Positions 17,062 through 26,102 of a DNA stretch of 64,000 nucleotides are shown here, one piece after another. Within the stretch, counting starts at the first letter, position 1; every line of letters starts with the position of its first letter. The stretch is taken from the IMG/VR virus record IMGVR_UViG_3300024999_000066, positions 25,920 through 89,919 of that record. One strand, written 5' to 3'. This DNA is from a virus. The notes beneath the pieces are model-generated. The model saw only the letters and a program-made list of their open reading frames with translations, was not told the DNA's origin and searched no databases. Both the position numbers and the translations under genes were made by a program.

Positions 17062-18882
17062 TTGCAGATTAGTAAATACTTCGCCTCAATGGGTATAGAG
17101 GTTGATAAATCCTCAGTCAAGAAAGTTGATAAAACTCTTGATCATATTGAAAATAGGCTCAAGAAATTAGGTACTTTTGCGAATAAGCCTATTGTTCTAA
17201 GTATCGGTAATTTTGATGTAGACCAAAGAAAACTTAATATTGCATTAGGTAATGCTTTGGATATGGCAAGTAATCGCCTTGTCTTTGACATTAGTCGATT
17301 TAATGTAAATCAAGCAGCTCTCAATCGAGATGTGGCAGCAGCGATGCTCAGAGCATCTGTCGCAAATCCTCTTAATGTTAATACTCGGGGAGCTGGTGGT
17401 TCGAGGGTCAGGGAGTCCGCTGCTGCGGGTGCTGTGGCAGGTAGCGTTGGTGGTCTTAGGGGCATGCCTAATCTCTTCGGACCAGCTCTTGCATTGGGTT
17501 TGGGTGGATATGGCCTGGGGGCTCTTAACAGACGTAACCAAGAAGTAGTGAGTGCCCAACTTCAATCCACAGCAGTGGTACAACAGGCAGGCGGTACAGC
17601 CCAACAGGGTAGTGATTCCTTTCAATACTTAAGATCGGAAGCAAACCGCGTAGGTTTCAATTTCCTCGATGCATCAGGAGATTATAACAAACTTATCTCA
17701 GGTCTCACTGGCTCGGGTATTGGACTTGGTCAAAGCCAAAAAGTATTCTCAGGTTTTGCCGAATTAGCTCGTGTAAACAAGCTTGACAAAACAACTCAAA
17801 ACAGACTTTTCCGTGCCCTGTCCCAAGTGGCAGGTAAAGGTAAGTTGATGAGTGAAGAACTCACCGGGCAAATTGCAGAAGCATTGCCCGGAGGAACAGC
17901 TCTGTTTGCTCAAGCTTACCAACAGCAAATTGGTGGGAACAAAACTGGTGCAGAAGCTATCCAACAGCTTCTTGATGATATGAAAAAGGGCAAGGTTAAG
18001 AGTAGTATCTTGACGTATGCAGGAGCTGCCGCTTCTCAACGTGCAAATCAAGGTGGTGCACTAGATGCAGCATCTACAGCCTCTCAAGCCGAACAAGCTC
18101 GTTATCAAAACTCCGTAAATGATATGGCCGTACTGGCTTCTGGATCCGGGGTTGAAGAGGGTTTTGCTCGTATCTTTCGTACTCTTAACGCTGGCTTGAG
18201 TGAAAGTGGTAGTCTAGTGAAAGGTCTGTCAGAAGGCTTCAACGAGGCCACTAAATGGGCTGATGACTTGCTTCTGTTCCCGCAATCCTTTATACGTGCC
18301 TTGGAAGGTAAAGACAGTGTTGTAGCGGATTGGTTAGGGGTTGATAAGACTTCTCAGCTAGTACAGGATTGGGCTGCCATTAAGCAAATCTTTACTGATA
18401 TCTCAATGATTAAGTTTGACTTCCTACCAACACTGGAAGCTACTTCTCGTGAAATTGCTGCTATTATGGGAGCTATAGCCGAATTCCAGCGGTGGAAGAG
18501 TGGTCAATTTCCTACTGAGATATCCACCGACACTAGCTCTGTTGCAGCAACAATTGGCTCTGCCACTAATAACTTCATGGTTAATGTTGGTAAAGCACGT
18601 GAACGTGGTAGGGCTGTCTATGAAGATCCAAGTTCCCCATATTATCAGGATGCTGCTGGGTATGACGACCAACAGGCTGAAATGGCTAAGGCTGCTGCTG
18701 AAGATAAGGCAATGGGTATTGTCAACAACAGTAACGAGATAAACATTGAAGTGAATGTAGATGGGTCAACCTTACAGGGTATGGATGCTAGTGCTCAAGC
18801 TCAAGCTATTGGTGAAGCTGTTGCAAATATGTTTGTTCAGTCGTTTGATCAAGTGAATGTTCAATTCCCAGTGAAACAATAA
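17062..18882 (+). CDS. tape measure protein
   Basis: 606 aa, Ala/Gly-rich; ALSQVAGKGKLMSEELTGQIAEALPG tape-measure domain. Confidence 0.9.
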   Translation: MQISKYFASMGIEVDKSSVKKVDKTLDHIENRLKKLGTFANKPIVLSIGNFDVDQRKLNIALGNALDMASNRLVFDISRFNVNQAALNRDVAAAMLRASVANPLNVNTRGAGGSRVRESAAAGAVAGSVGGLRGMPNLFGPALALGLGGYGLGALNRRNQEVVSAQLQSTAVVQQAGGTAQQGSDSFQYLRSEANRVGFNFLDASGDYNKLISGLTGSGIGLGQSQKVFSGFAELARVNKLDKTTQNRLFRALSQVAGKGKLMSEELTGQIAEALPGGTALFAQAYQQQIGGNKTGAEAIQQLLDDMKKGKVKSSILTYAGAAASQRANQGGALDAASTASQAEQARYQNSVNDMAVLASGSGVEEGFARIFRTLNAGLSESGSLVKGLSEGFNEATKWADDLLLFPQSFIRALEGKDSVVADWLGVDKTSQLVQDWAAIKQIFTDISMIKFDFLPTLEATSREIAAIMGAIAEFQRWKSGQFPTEISTDTSSVAATIGSATNNFMVNVGKARERGRAVYEDPSSPYYQDAAGYDDQQAEMAKAAAEDKAMGIVNNSNEINIEVNVDGSTLQGMDASAQAQAIGEAVANMFVQSFDQVNVQFPVKQ

Positions 18883-18892
18883 GGAGTCACCT

Positions 18893-19678
18893 ATGAGTTT
18901 GGCAATCGGATGGGGTGACTCCTCTATTCAAGAGGGAGGCTTCATCTACTGTGATGCGGTTCAAATTTACACTCAGAACTATTCAGGTAGTGTGACAAAG
19001 CACCCCGTGGACCAAGGCGGGAACATCACGGACCATTTCGTTCGTAACAATCCCGTGTTTACGGTGGGTGCTGTAATCACAGGCGTGGATATTTCTACAG
19101 GAACTTATCTAATCCAAGACTTGGATGGTAATTCTCCCTACAACAGTAATGAAGCCCCTACCGCTGTTAGTGTGAACTCTACGGATCAAAGTGTTCTTAA
19201 GAAATTCATTCCGGATAGCATTGGTCAGTTTCTTTCTGACAGTACTCCGGAAGTTGTTGTGGACAGTAGACGTACCGATCTTATAGAGCAGATTAGACAA
19301 GCCTTGATTGATCTAACAGCTGGTGTTATCTTTAACGAGAAGACTGGTCAATTCGATCCTAGTATTCAGCTTGTTCGTTTGTTTGAATACGATAATACAC
19401 TGCTTCGAAAAGTAATCAACAATCTTGTGATGACTAAAATTACTTTTAAAGAAGACGCTAACACCGGATACGGTCTATACTGTGATATTACTTTTGAGCA
19501 AGTTACTTTTGCTTTCTTGAAGAAAACTGTTATTCCGAAAGATGTGCAAGATTCTCTTAAGAAAAAAGCTGCACCCAAAGCATCAAAGGGTAAACAGGAC
19601 AGCACACCACAAGATGTGGGAACTGGTAATTCCCCTAAAGATACTGACCCACTAAGGCAGGCTAGAGAAAATGGGTGA
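18893..19678 (+). CDS. tail tube initiator / baseplate protein
   Basis: VTKHPVDQGGNITDH motif after TMP. Confidence 0.7.
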   Translation: MSLAIGWGDSSIQEGGFIYCDAVQIYTQNYSGSVTKHPVDQGGNITDHFVRNNPVFTVGAVITGVDISTGTYLIQDLDGNSPYNSNEAPTAVSVNSTDQSVLKKFIPDSIGQFLSDSTPEVVVDSRRTDLIEQIRQALIDLTAGVIFNEKTGQFDPSIQLVRLFEYDNTLLRKVINNLVMTKITFKEDANTGYGLYCDITFEQVTFAFLKKTVIPKDVQDSLKKKAAPKASKGKQDSTPQDVGTGNSPKDTDPLRQARENG

Positions 19679-20006
19679 AAAATATGTAGTAATGCCTTTA
19701 TTCCCAGATGCCTTCTACACATATACGATTGCTCTTCAAGGGGATTCGTATATCTTTGAGTTCATATACAATGAAAGAGCTAAGCTTTATTTCATAAATT
19801 TGTATGATGCTGACTCAAACCCTATTGTTATGGGCGAGGCTTTAGTTCCGAATTATCCAATCTTTTTAGATTATGCTCTATTTCCATTGACAGGATTTAT
19901 TTGGATGGAAGAAAAAGCTGATATAATTAGTGAACCTTACCAAGTTTATCCTGATTCAATTGATCAATATTATAATCTTTTCTATATCTACACAGAGGAA
20001 GACTAA
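19671..20006 (+). CDS. baseplate-associated protein
   Basis: 111 aa, YNERA..Y.INLYD; synteny. Confidence 0.65.
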   Translation: MGEKYVVMPLFPDAFYTYTIALQGDSYIFEFIYNERAKLYFINLYDADSNPIVMGEALVPNYPIFLDYALFPLTGFIWMEEKADIISEPYQVYPDSIDQYYNLFYIYTEED

Positions 20007-20908
20007 TGGACTTAATCCAGAGAAACCGCCAGTATAGGTTAGTGATTGGTGACTATAACTCTGGTGAAGCCTTAGAAATTACTGATCTTCAAGTTCAGTT
20101 CGATATTAGTAAAAGCACAGATAATAAAAAGAAAACTAATTCTGCTTCTATTGAAATCACCAACCTATCCCTTGAGCATATTCGCTTACTTGACACAGAC
20201 TATCCCGCAGCGGTCTTTGAGGCAGGCTACCTTGACACTGGAGGACCTAAGCGTCTTTTTTCAGGTCAAGTTACACATGTGTCTACTAGAAAGTCTGGGA
20301 CAGACAGAGTTACGCAGCTTCAACTTGGTGATGGATACACAGAATTAAATCATCAGATACTTTCTGAATTAGTCGCACCGGGCCAAACTGTTAAGGATGT
20401 TGCTGAAGCTATTCGTAAGAATCTTCCGGGTGTTTCTCGTGGAGTTTACAATGGCACCAATCTCAATAATGAGATTATTTATGGTTATCCTTTGATGGGT
20501 ACTCCAAAAGAAATGTTGGATGAGCTTGCCGAGAAATATTCTCTAGATACTCAGATCGATGATGGTGTGCTTTATGTTCACAACAATGACCGTGCCGCCA
20601 CTGAGAACTTCAATCAAGCCTATGTTATCTCTAAATATACAGGCTTGATTGAAACTCCTTATAGAGTTTCTGGTGATCGCCGTAGATCAAAAAAGGACAA
20701 AGCTAAAAAGCCAGGAATTCAGATGAAGATCCTTCTTAATCCAGATATCAAAGCTGGAGATATTATATATCTAGAAGATACTCTCATCACGGGTTGGCTT
20801 AAGGTGGAGTCTCTCAGACATTCGGGTGGCTGGCGTTCATCAGGCTGGTATACAGAAATAAAAGCATCTAGCTTAGAAAAAGTAATTCAATCTGGAGGTG
20901 GTCAATGA
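20006..20908 (+). CDS. baseplate hub protein
   Basis: FDISKS..N.ASIEITNL..AGY; TGLIETP; LLNP. Confidence 0.8.
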   Translation: MDLIQRNRQYRLVIGDYNSGEALEITDLQVQFDISKSTDNKKKTNSASIEITNLSLEHIRLLDTDYPAAVFEAGYLDTGGPKRLFSGQVTHVSTRKSGTDRVTQLQLGDGYTELNHQILSELVAPGQTVKDVAEAIRKNLPGVSRGVYNGTNLNNEIIYGYPLMGTPKEMLDELAEKYSLDTQIDDGVLYVHNNDRAATENFNQAYVISKYTGLIETPYRVSGDRRRSKKDKAKKPGIQMKILLNPDIKAGDIIYLEDTLITGWLKVESLRHSGGWRSSGWYTEIKASSLEKVIQSGGGQ

Positions 20909-21693
20909 GTTCTGAAGCTGTTGCTGCAATCCAGAGTACAATGACTAGCGCTTTTGATAGTTTAATGAACAACAAATATACCGTAATCCCGTGTATTGTT
21001 GTGGCTGTTAGGGATGGGCTTAATGGTCAGATGGTTGATATACAACCCACCATTAATCAGAAAGAGCAAGATGGGACTGTTAAAGAGCGTGCCGTAATTC
21101 CGGGGGTGCCCGTCTCTTTCCAAGTTTCTAAGAAAGCTGGCTTCACATTTCCTATTGAGGTAGGCGACACTGGAACTGCCATGTTCTCTATGAGAAATAT
21201 GGATGGTTGGAAATCTGGTAACGGCAGACCTTCTAGTCCAATGAACTTTGCCAAGATGGATAAAAGTGATGCTATCTTTCTTCCGGGAATCCAACCACCA
21301 GGAGTGGCTGTGAATAATCCAGCCAAACATGTGCTCACACATGATACTAAGGATACTGTTTTATTCGCCAACTTAGGTGGTGTCGAAGCTGAGGTAAGGT
21401 TACGGGTAGATGGCAGTATTGGTATCACCACAAGTAACATGCCGATTATTATTGAAGGTTCTGATGTAACAATTAATGCAGCTACTAGCTTATCTTTGAA
21501 TACCCCAAGTTTGACTGTTGATGCAGACACTACTCTGTGGCTAGGTGATATAACTTATCAGAGTAATATCACTCATGTAGGTAGCTACTCCCATACCGGT
21601 AACTACATTGGTGTTGGTGTGCAGACTTTCAACGGCGTTATTTTCAGTACACACCGCCATGCGCCAGCCGTCATCCCACCAACTAATCCATAA
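20905..21693 (+). CDS. baseplate central spike
   Basis: VDIQP..FPIEVGDTG; beta-helical C-terminus ending in HRH metal-binding motif. Confidence 0.82.
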   Translation: MSSEAVAAIQSTMTSAFDSLMNNKYTVIPCIVVAVRDGLNGQMVDIQPTINQKEQDGTVKERAVIPGVPVSFQVSKKAGFTFPIEVGDTGTAMFSMRNMDGWKSGNGRPSSPMNFAKMDKSDAIFLPGIQPPGVAVNNPAKHVLTHDTKDTVLFANLGGVEAEVRLRVDGSIGITTSNMPIIIEGSDVTINAATSLSLNTPSLTVDADTTLWLGDITYQSNITHVGSYSHTGNYIGVGVQTFNGVIFSTHRHAPAVIPPTNP

Positions 21694-21703
21694 GGAGATT
21701 GAT

Positions 21704-22078
21704 TTGGATTTCAAGCTCAGTCCCGATAGTTGGGATATCATTTGGCATAATGGTCCGCTGAGAAAAGAGGAAACCACTCAGCCACTAACAGAGACTGTAG
21801 GTCAGCGACTAAAGATCCGTTTATTGACTTTCTATTCCGAATGGTTCATTAATACAGTGTACGGCGTCCCGTACTTCGAACGCCTGTTGGGCCAGAAGCA
21901 AACTTCAAAAGCAGCGGCTGATTTGATTTTTCAAAGTCAGATTCTTGCTGAGGAGGGTGTTAAGGAGATTGTTAGTTTTGATTCTACTTTTATCAACCGT
22001 CAATATTCTCTGGTATTCACAGTTAAAGTTGTTACCGGTGCCATAACAGCACCGATAGTAATTCAACCTTTAAACTGA
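21704..22078 (+). CDS. baseplate wedge / sheath initiator (gp25-like)
   Basis: QRLKIRLLTFYSEWF..YGVPY; TTG start at 21704 after AAGGAG. Confidence 0.75.
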   Translation: MDFKLSPDSWDIIWHNGPLRKEETTQPLTETVGQRLKIRLLTFYSEWFINTVYGVPYFERLLGQKQTSKAAADLIFQSQILAEEGVKEIVSFDSTFINRQYSLVFTVKVVTGAITAPIVIQPLN

Positions 22079-22641
22079 ATACCATGTCGCGGAGAATAGT
22101 TTAATTCAAGTTCCCACCTCTTCCGTATACAGCAAGCTTCAAAGAAGTCAGGGTTCGAAGTAACCCTGTTCTGTTTCTCTAATACGCCAATTTGGATAAT
22201 CCAACGACGCTTATTGTTGTCCCAAGAAATCCCACTAACCCCTGTTTTATTATCTGATCTTTTCTTGGTGTTTCTGGAATTTACAAACCCAGCACAAGGC
22301 CTAAGATTAGAGATTGAATTGTTTAGAGGGTTTCCGTCGTAGTGATCAATTTCTGGCGGACAAGAGTCATTATGAAATAAAGCATAAATTACGCGATGCT
22401 CACTAAAACTTAACTTTCTACCGAAATTCACATGTGAAATGGTTAGTACCCTATAAAACATTCCTTTTGTGAGTTTCAAGCTTCCCGTAGGTTTACTTGC
22501 ATACTTAGTGGTCCAGCATTTGTGAGCCCTTAGACTTCCAAAATGGTGGGTTGGCCTTTGATCTTTCCACTTGACATGCCCTGTGTCGAAATTAACTTCA
22601 TAGGAGTCTGAAAGTATCTTTAAATCTAGGTGAATTGTCAT
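22063..22641 (-). CDS. HNH homing endonuclease with AP2-like domain, antisense in the baseplate operon
   Basis: EHRVIY..EIDHYDGNPLNNSISNLR..N; NKTGVSGISW..W. Confidence 0.85.
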   Translation of the reverse strand: MTIHLDLKILSDSYEVNFDTGHVKWKDQRPTHHFGSLRAHKCWTTKYASKPTGSLKLTKGMFYRVLTISHVNFGRKLSFSEHRVIYALFHNDSCPPEIDHYDGNPLNNSISNLRPCAGFVNSRNTKKRSDNKTGVSGISWDNNKRRWIIQIGVLEKQNRVTSNPDFFEACCIRKRWELELNYSPRHGIQFKG

Positions 22642-22670
22642 AATATTTCCTTGTTTTTAAATGAGTAGAT

Positions 22671-22699
22671 ATTCTAGCAGATAGATACTTGTTTGTAAA
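22671..22699 (-). promoter_or_regulatory. promoter of the antisense HNH gene
   Basis: TTTACA-17-TAGAAT on the - strand. Confidence 0.55.
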
Positions 22700-22723
22700 A
22701 TAAATAATTTTAAGGATTCCAAC

Positions 22724-24175
22724 ATGGCAGGCGTAACTGACGCTGGATTTATCATTAAACGCTTAGCTGATATCTTAGCCGATGATCGTGCTTTAGCAGT
22801 ACAACTCTTTCAAGATTTGGTAGTTCCGGGTGATACCGTTGACGTATCAGATTCTTCCGCCCTAGGCCGACTCATCTCCCTAGCAGCTCCCTCTGAAGCT
22901 GACCTATGGGAAGCTGCTCAAGAAGTATATGCAGCCTTTGACCCAAACTCAGCAACAGGCATTGCTCTTGATAATCTTGTAGCATACGCTGGCATCACTC
23001 GTAAAGAACAAACCTTCACCACATCCTCTATTCTTGTTGCTGGTGATACTAACACACTAATTCCTGTAGGACAGACTGTAAGTAGCTCTACAACTGGCGA
23101 ACAATTTACCACAGTTAGTGCCATTTCTCTGTCCCCAAGCAGCGCTAGTGGTATCACCGTCTCTGTGGTCACTCTACAGAATAGCACAGCTTACACTATT
23201 AGTTATGCCAATACAACTAGCACAAACACCATCACATTTACATCTGATGCAAGTGCCAATGTTGCTGAAATCATAAATGGATTGCAAGCTGTCATCGTAA
23301 GTGCCCACCCCACACTGACCAGTTCTGTGGTTGGGACAGGGGCCAGTTCTACGCTTGTTATTGATCGTAACGATGTCTTCCAAACTGTAAACTTCACTAC
23401 ATCCGTCAATCTTGGTATCATTAAAGTAAGGACAGTTGGGGAAGTAGTTGCGGTGGTTGCCGGTCCTATGGATCAACCCGCAAATACAATTGATACCATT
23501 CTTACGCCAATGCTTGGTTGGGACAGCGTAATCAACCCAATTGCTGCAAGTTCTGGGGAGGATCGCGAAACAGATGAACAACTTCGTCTAAGGTTTCGCA
23601 ATGGTAAGTTTGATAGGGCAACCAATTCTCTTGACTCCATCTACTCTGCCTTGATTAATCTAGATGGTGTGACTGAAGTAACTATTTATGAGAATGATAC
23701 AAGTCTTCCAGATGCTAATGGTGTTCCGGGGCATAGTTTCCTACCTATTATTTCTGGTGGATTGAGCACAGAGATTGCTAATGCTATTTGGGAAAACAAA
23801 CCAATTGGTATCTTGAGCTACGGCAACACCACAGTAAGCATCAATGATCAACAAGGCTTCCCACACGCAATCAGTTTCTCTCGTCCAAACCCTGTAGTTA
23901 TCTATATCACCATGGATATTACAACGGATGTGGACTTCCCAGCCAATGGTCAAGATCAAATTCGTTCTGCCTTGATTGAATATTTTGCTGAGAACTTTGG
24001 CACAGGTGATGATGTTATTTATAGTCGTCTTTATACCCCAATTAACAGTATTCCTGGGCATCAAGTTAATAGTTTGACTGTAGGAACTTCTCCTAGTCCC
24101 GTTGGTGAGTCAAACGTTGTAATCGCTTTTGATCAGATTGCTAGCTTAAATAGCCTCAATATAATTATCACTTAA
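22724..24175 (+). CDS. baseplate J-like wedge protein
   Basis: ATGIALD, GEDRETDEQLR, YENDT, FSRP motifs. Confidence 0.88.
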   Translation: MAGVTDAGFIIKRLADILADDRALAVQLFQDLVVPGDTVDVSDSSALGRLISLAAPSEADLWEAAQEVYAAFDPNSATGIALDNLVAYAGITRKEQTFTTSSILVAGDTNTLIPVGQTVSSSTTGEQFTTVSAISLSPSSASGITVSVVTLQNSTAYTISYANTTSTNTITFTSDASANVAEIINGLQAVIVSAHPTLTSSVVGTGASSTLVIDRNDVFQTVNFTTSVNLGIIKVRTVGEVVAVVAGPMDQPANTIDTILTPMLGWDSVINPIAASSGEDRETDEQLRLRFRNGKFDRATNSLDSIYSALINLDGVTEVTIYENDTSLPDANGVPGHSFLPIISGGLSTEIANAIWENKPIGILSYGNTTVSINDQQGFPHAISFSRPNPVVIYITMDITTDVDFPANGQDQIRSALIEYFAENFGTGDDVIYSRLYTPINSIPGHQVNSLTVGTSPSPVGESNVVIAFDQIASLNSLNIIIT

Positions 24176-24185
24176 GGGGTAGTTT

Positions 24186-25010
24186 ATGTCTGAAATTATT
24201 CCTTTTGAAATTCAGCAGTATTTAGATGTCGCACGCTCTCGTGTAACTCAGCAATTTATGCTTGATGCTGACGGATCAGGCCCGGTCGTGTTTGATTCTT
24301 ATCTCCAACTACTTCTTGGTGGAAAGATTGAACTTCAAGAAGTATTCAGACAACTAATGCAAGAACGTTCAATAGACACCGCTGCTGGTGCTCAGCTAGA
24401 CATCATTGGCGAGATTGTTGGACAGCCCAGGGAGTTGATTGACACAGCCCTTCTTACCTATTTTGCTTATTTAGGTTATCCAGATGCTCAGTCCTACGGA
24501 GATTTAGGTATTTCAGGGGTTGGAGGGTCTTATAGGGGGTTGAATGATCCTTTAGCGGGTAATACAACGCTTAGTGATGAGCAATACAGACTCTTTATTA
24601 AAGCTAAAATCATCAAAAATAACACCAGTGTTACACCCCCTCAATTCGTTGAGTTCATGCAGTTTGTTTTCGGAATCGAAGCAAGTATTGTTGTGGCTGA
24701 AGGTAATGCCGAATTTACCGTAATGCTTGGTCGCGCATTGTCATCCTTTGAAAAAGTTCTTTTAAATTATGTTTCATATTCATCGGGTTATCCGTCCAGA
24801 TTTGTTCCAAAACCTATTGGTGTAAGGATCAATTTTGGAGAGTTTGACATTAACAACTACTTCGGGTTTCAGGGCGCCCCTGGTGCCAAAGGGTACGGGG
24901 ATTTGACAACAATTGCAACTGAGGGTGGTTATGGAGATTCTTACGGGATGCTTTACGGTGGCCCTGATTCAATTGTAGTGGGCGGTGGTAAATATGCCTC
25001 CTTGTTGTAA
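24186..25010 (+). CDS. baseplate wedge protein (DUF2612-like)
   Basis: IDTAAGAQLDIIGEIVG..LSDEQYR..IKAKIIKN. Confidence 0.8.
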   Translation: MSEIIPFEIQQYLDVARSRVTQQFMLDADGSGPVVFDSYLQLLLGGKIELQEVFRQLMQERSIDTAAGAQLDIIGEIVGQPRELIDTALLTYFAYLGYPDAQSYGDLGISGVGGSYRGLNDPLAGNTTLSDEQYRLFIKAKIIKNNTSVTPPQFVEFMQFVFGIEASIVVAEGNAEFTVMLGRALSSFEKVLLNYVSYSSGYPSRFVPKPIGVRINFGEFDINNYFGFQGAPGAKGYGDLTTIATEGGYGDSYGMLYGGPDSIVVGGGKYASLL

Positions 25011-25033
25011 CACAAATTTTAAGGAATATTATT

Positions 25034-26065
25034 TTGGCTGAGATCAATAAACCCGACTATTCTCAAATATGGGCTTCGGGGGGAGCAATCGTAGCTCCTA
25101 GTGATGTAAAAATTCAAACAGGTTGGACTGCTGAAGTTCCTCCTTTTCAGTGGGAAAATTGGTCCCAAAATAGGCAAGACCAAGCCATTACCCACATTCT
25201 TCAGAAAGGCATCAGCGTTTGGTCTGCAACTGGAGAATATTATTTTACAAGCGCTGGAGAAAGATCCTATGTACAAGGAAGTGATGGTAATATATATGTA
25301 GCAGTTGCAGATAGTGTTAATCAAAATCCTGTTACAGATATAACTGACACCTATTGGAAATTAGCATTTGCCACCACCAATTTAGCTACCACAACTACAG
25401 CTGGTATTGTTCAGTTAGCTACCACAGCCAACATGACAACAGGTACTTCGAACACCCTTATTCCCCCAGTTTCTGCCATCTCGGCTCAGCTACCTTTTCG
25501 TGGCTTCCAAGCATACACGTCGCCCGGTTCTTTCACATGGACCGTCCCGTCTGGTGTTACCAGATGTTGGGTGGAAGTTATAGGTGCGGGCGGCAGCGGT
25601 GCTTTTTATGCATTAGCCACTGGCCCAAGTGGGGGTGGGGGTGGTGGAGTGGCCAAGAAACTTGTAGACCTTACAGGGGTCACTTCTGTGGCTGTAGTTG
25701 TCGGCTCAGGGGGCGCTTCACAAACTACGTTGGGTAATAACGGTACAGCAGGGGGTAACAGCTCCTTCGGCGCTTTCTGCTCAGCAACAGGTGGTGGTGC
25801 TGGCCAGATTAGTGGCAGTGCCTCCTCTTCAGGGGTTGGTACTGGTGGTGATATCAACTACGGTATCGGTCAGGGTAGTCCCGCGCTAATGCTACCACCA
25901 GTAGCAAGCCCTGTTATGGGTGGTGGTGCAGGTGGTGGTGGCGAAAGTACGTTCGCTGCTTCGGGTGGTGCAAACCCAACTCAGGCTGGCATGGGCGGCG
26001 GCGGCAGGGTATCTGGTTCAGGATCAATCTCCGGCGCGGCGGGTGCTGTGCGTATCTGGTATTAA
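25034..26065 (+). CDS. tail fibre protein with Gly-rich C-terminal domain
   Basis: WASGG..GW.AEVPP.QWENW N-terminus; FTWTVPSGVT..GAGGSG. Confidence 0.8.
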   Translation: MAEINKPDYSQIWASGGAIVAPSDVKIQTGWTAEVPPFQWENWSQNRQDQAITHILQKGISVWSATGEYYFTSAGERSYVQGSDGNIYVAVADSVNQNPVTDITDTYWKLAFATTNLATTTTAGIVQLATTANMTTGTSNTLIPPVSAISAQLPFRGFQAYTSPGSFTWTVPSGVTRCWVEVIGAGGSGAFYALATGPSGGGGGGVAKKLVDLTGVTSVAVVVGSGGASQTTLGNNGTAGGNSSFGAFCSATGGGAGQISGSASSSGVGTGGDINYGIGQGSPALMLPPVASPVMGGGAGGGGESTFAASGGANPTQAGMGGGGRVSGSGSISGAAGAVRIWY

Positions 26066-26102
26066 CAATAAAATATATCTAACATCAATATGAGTGAATA
26101 CT

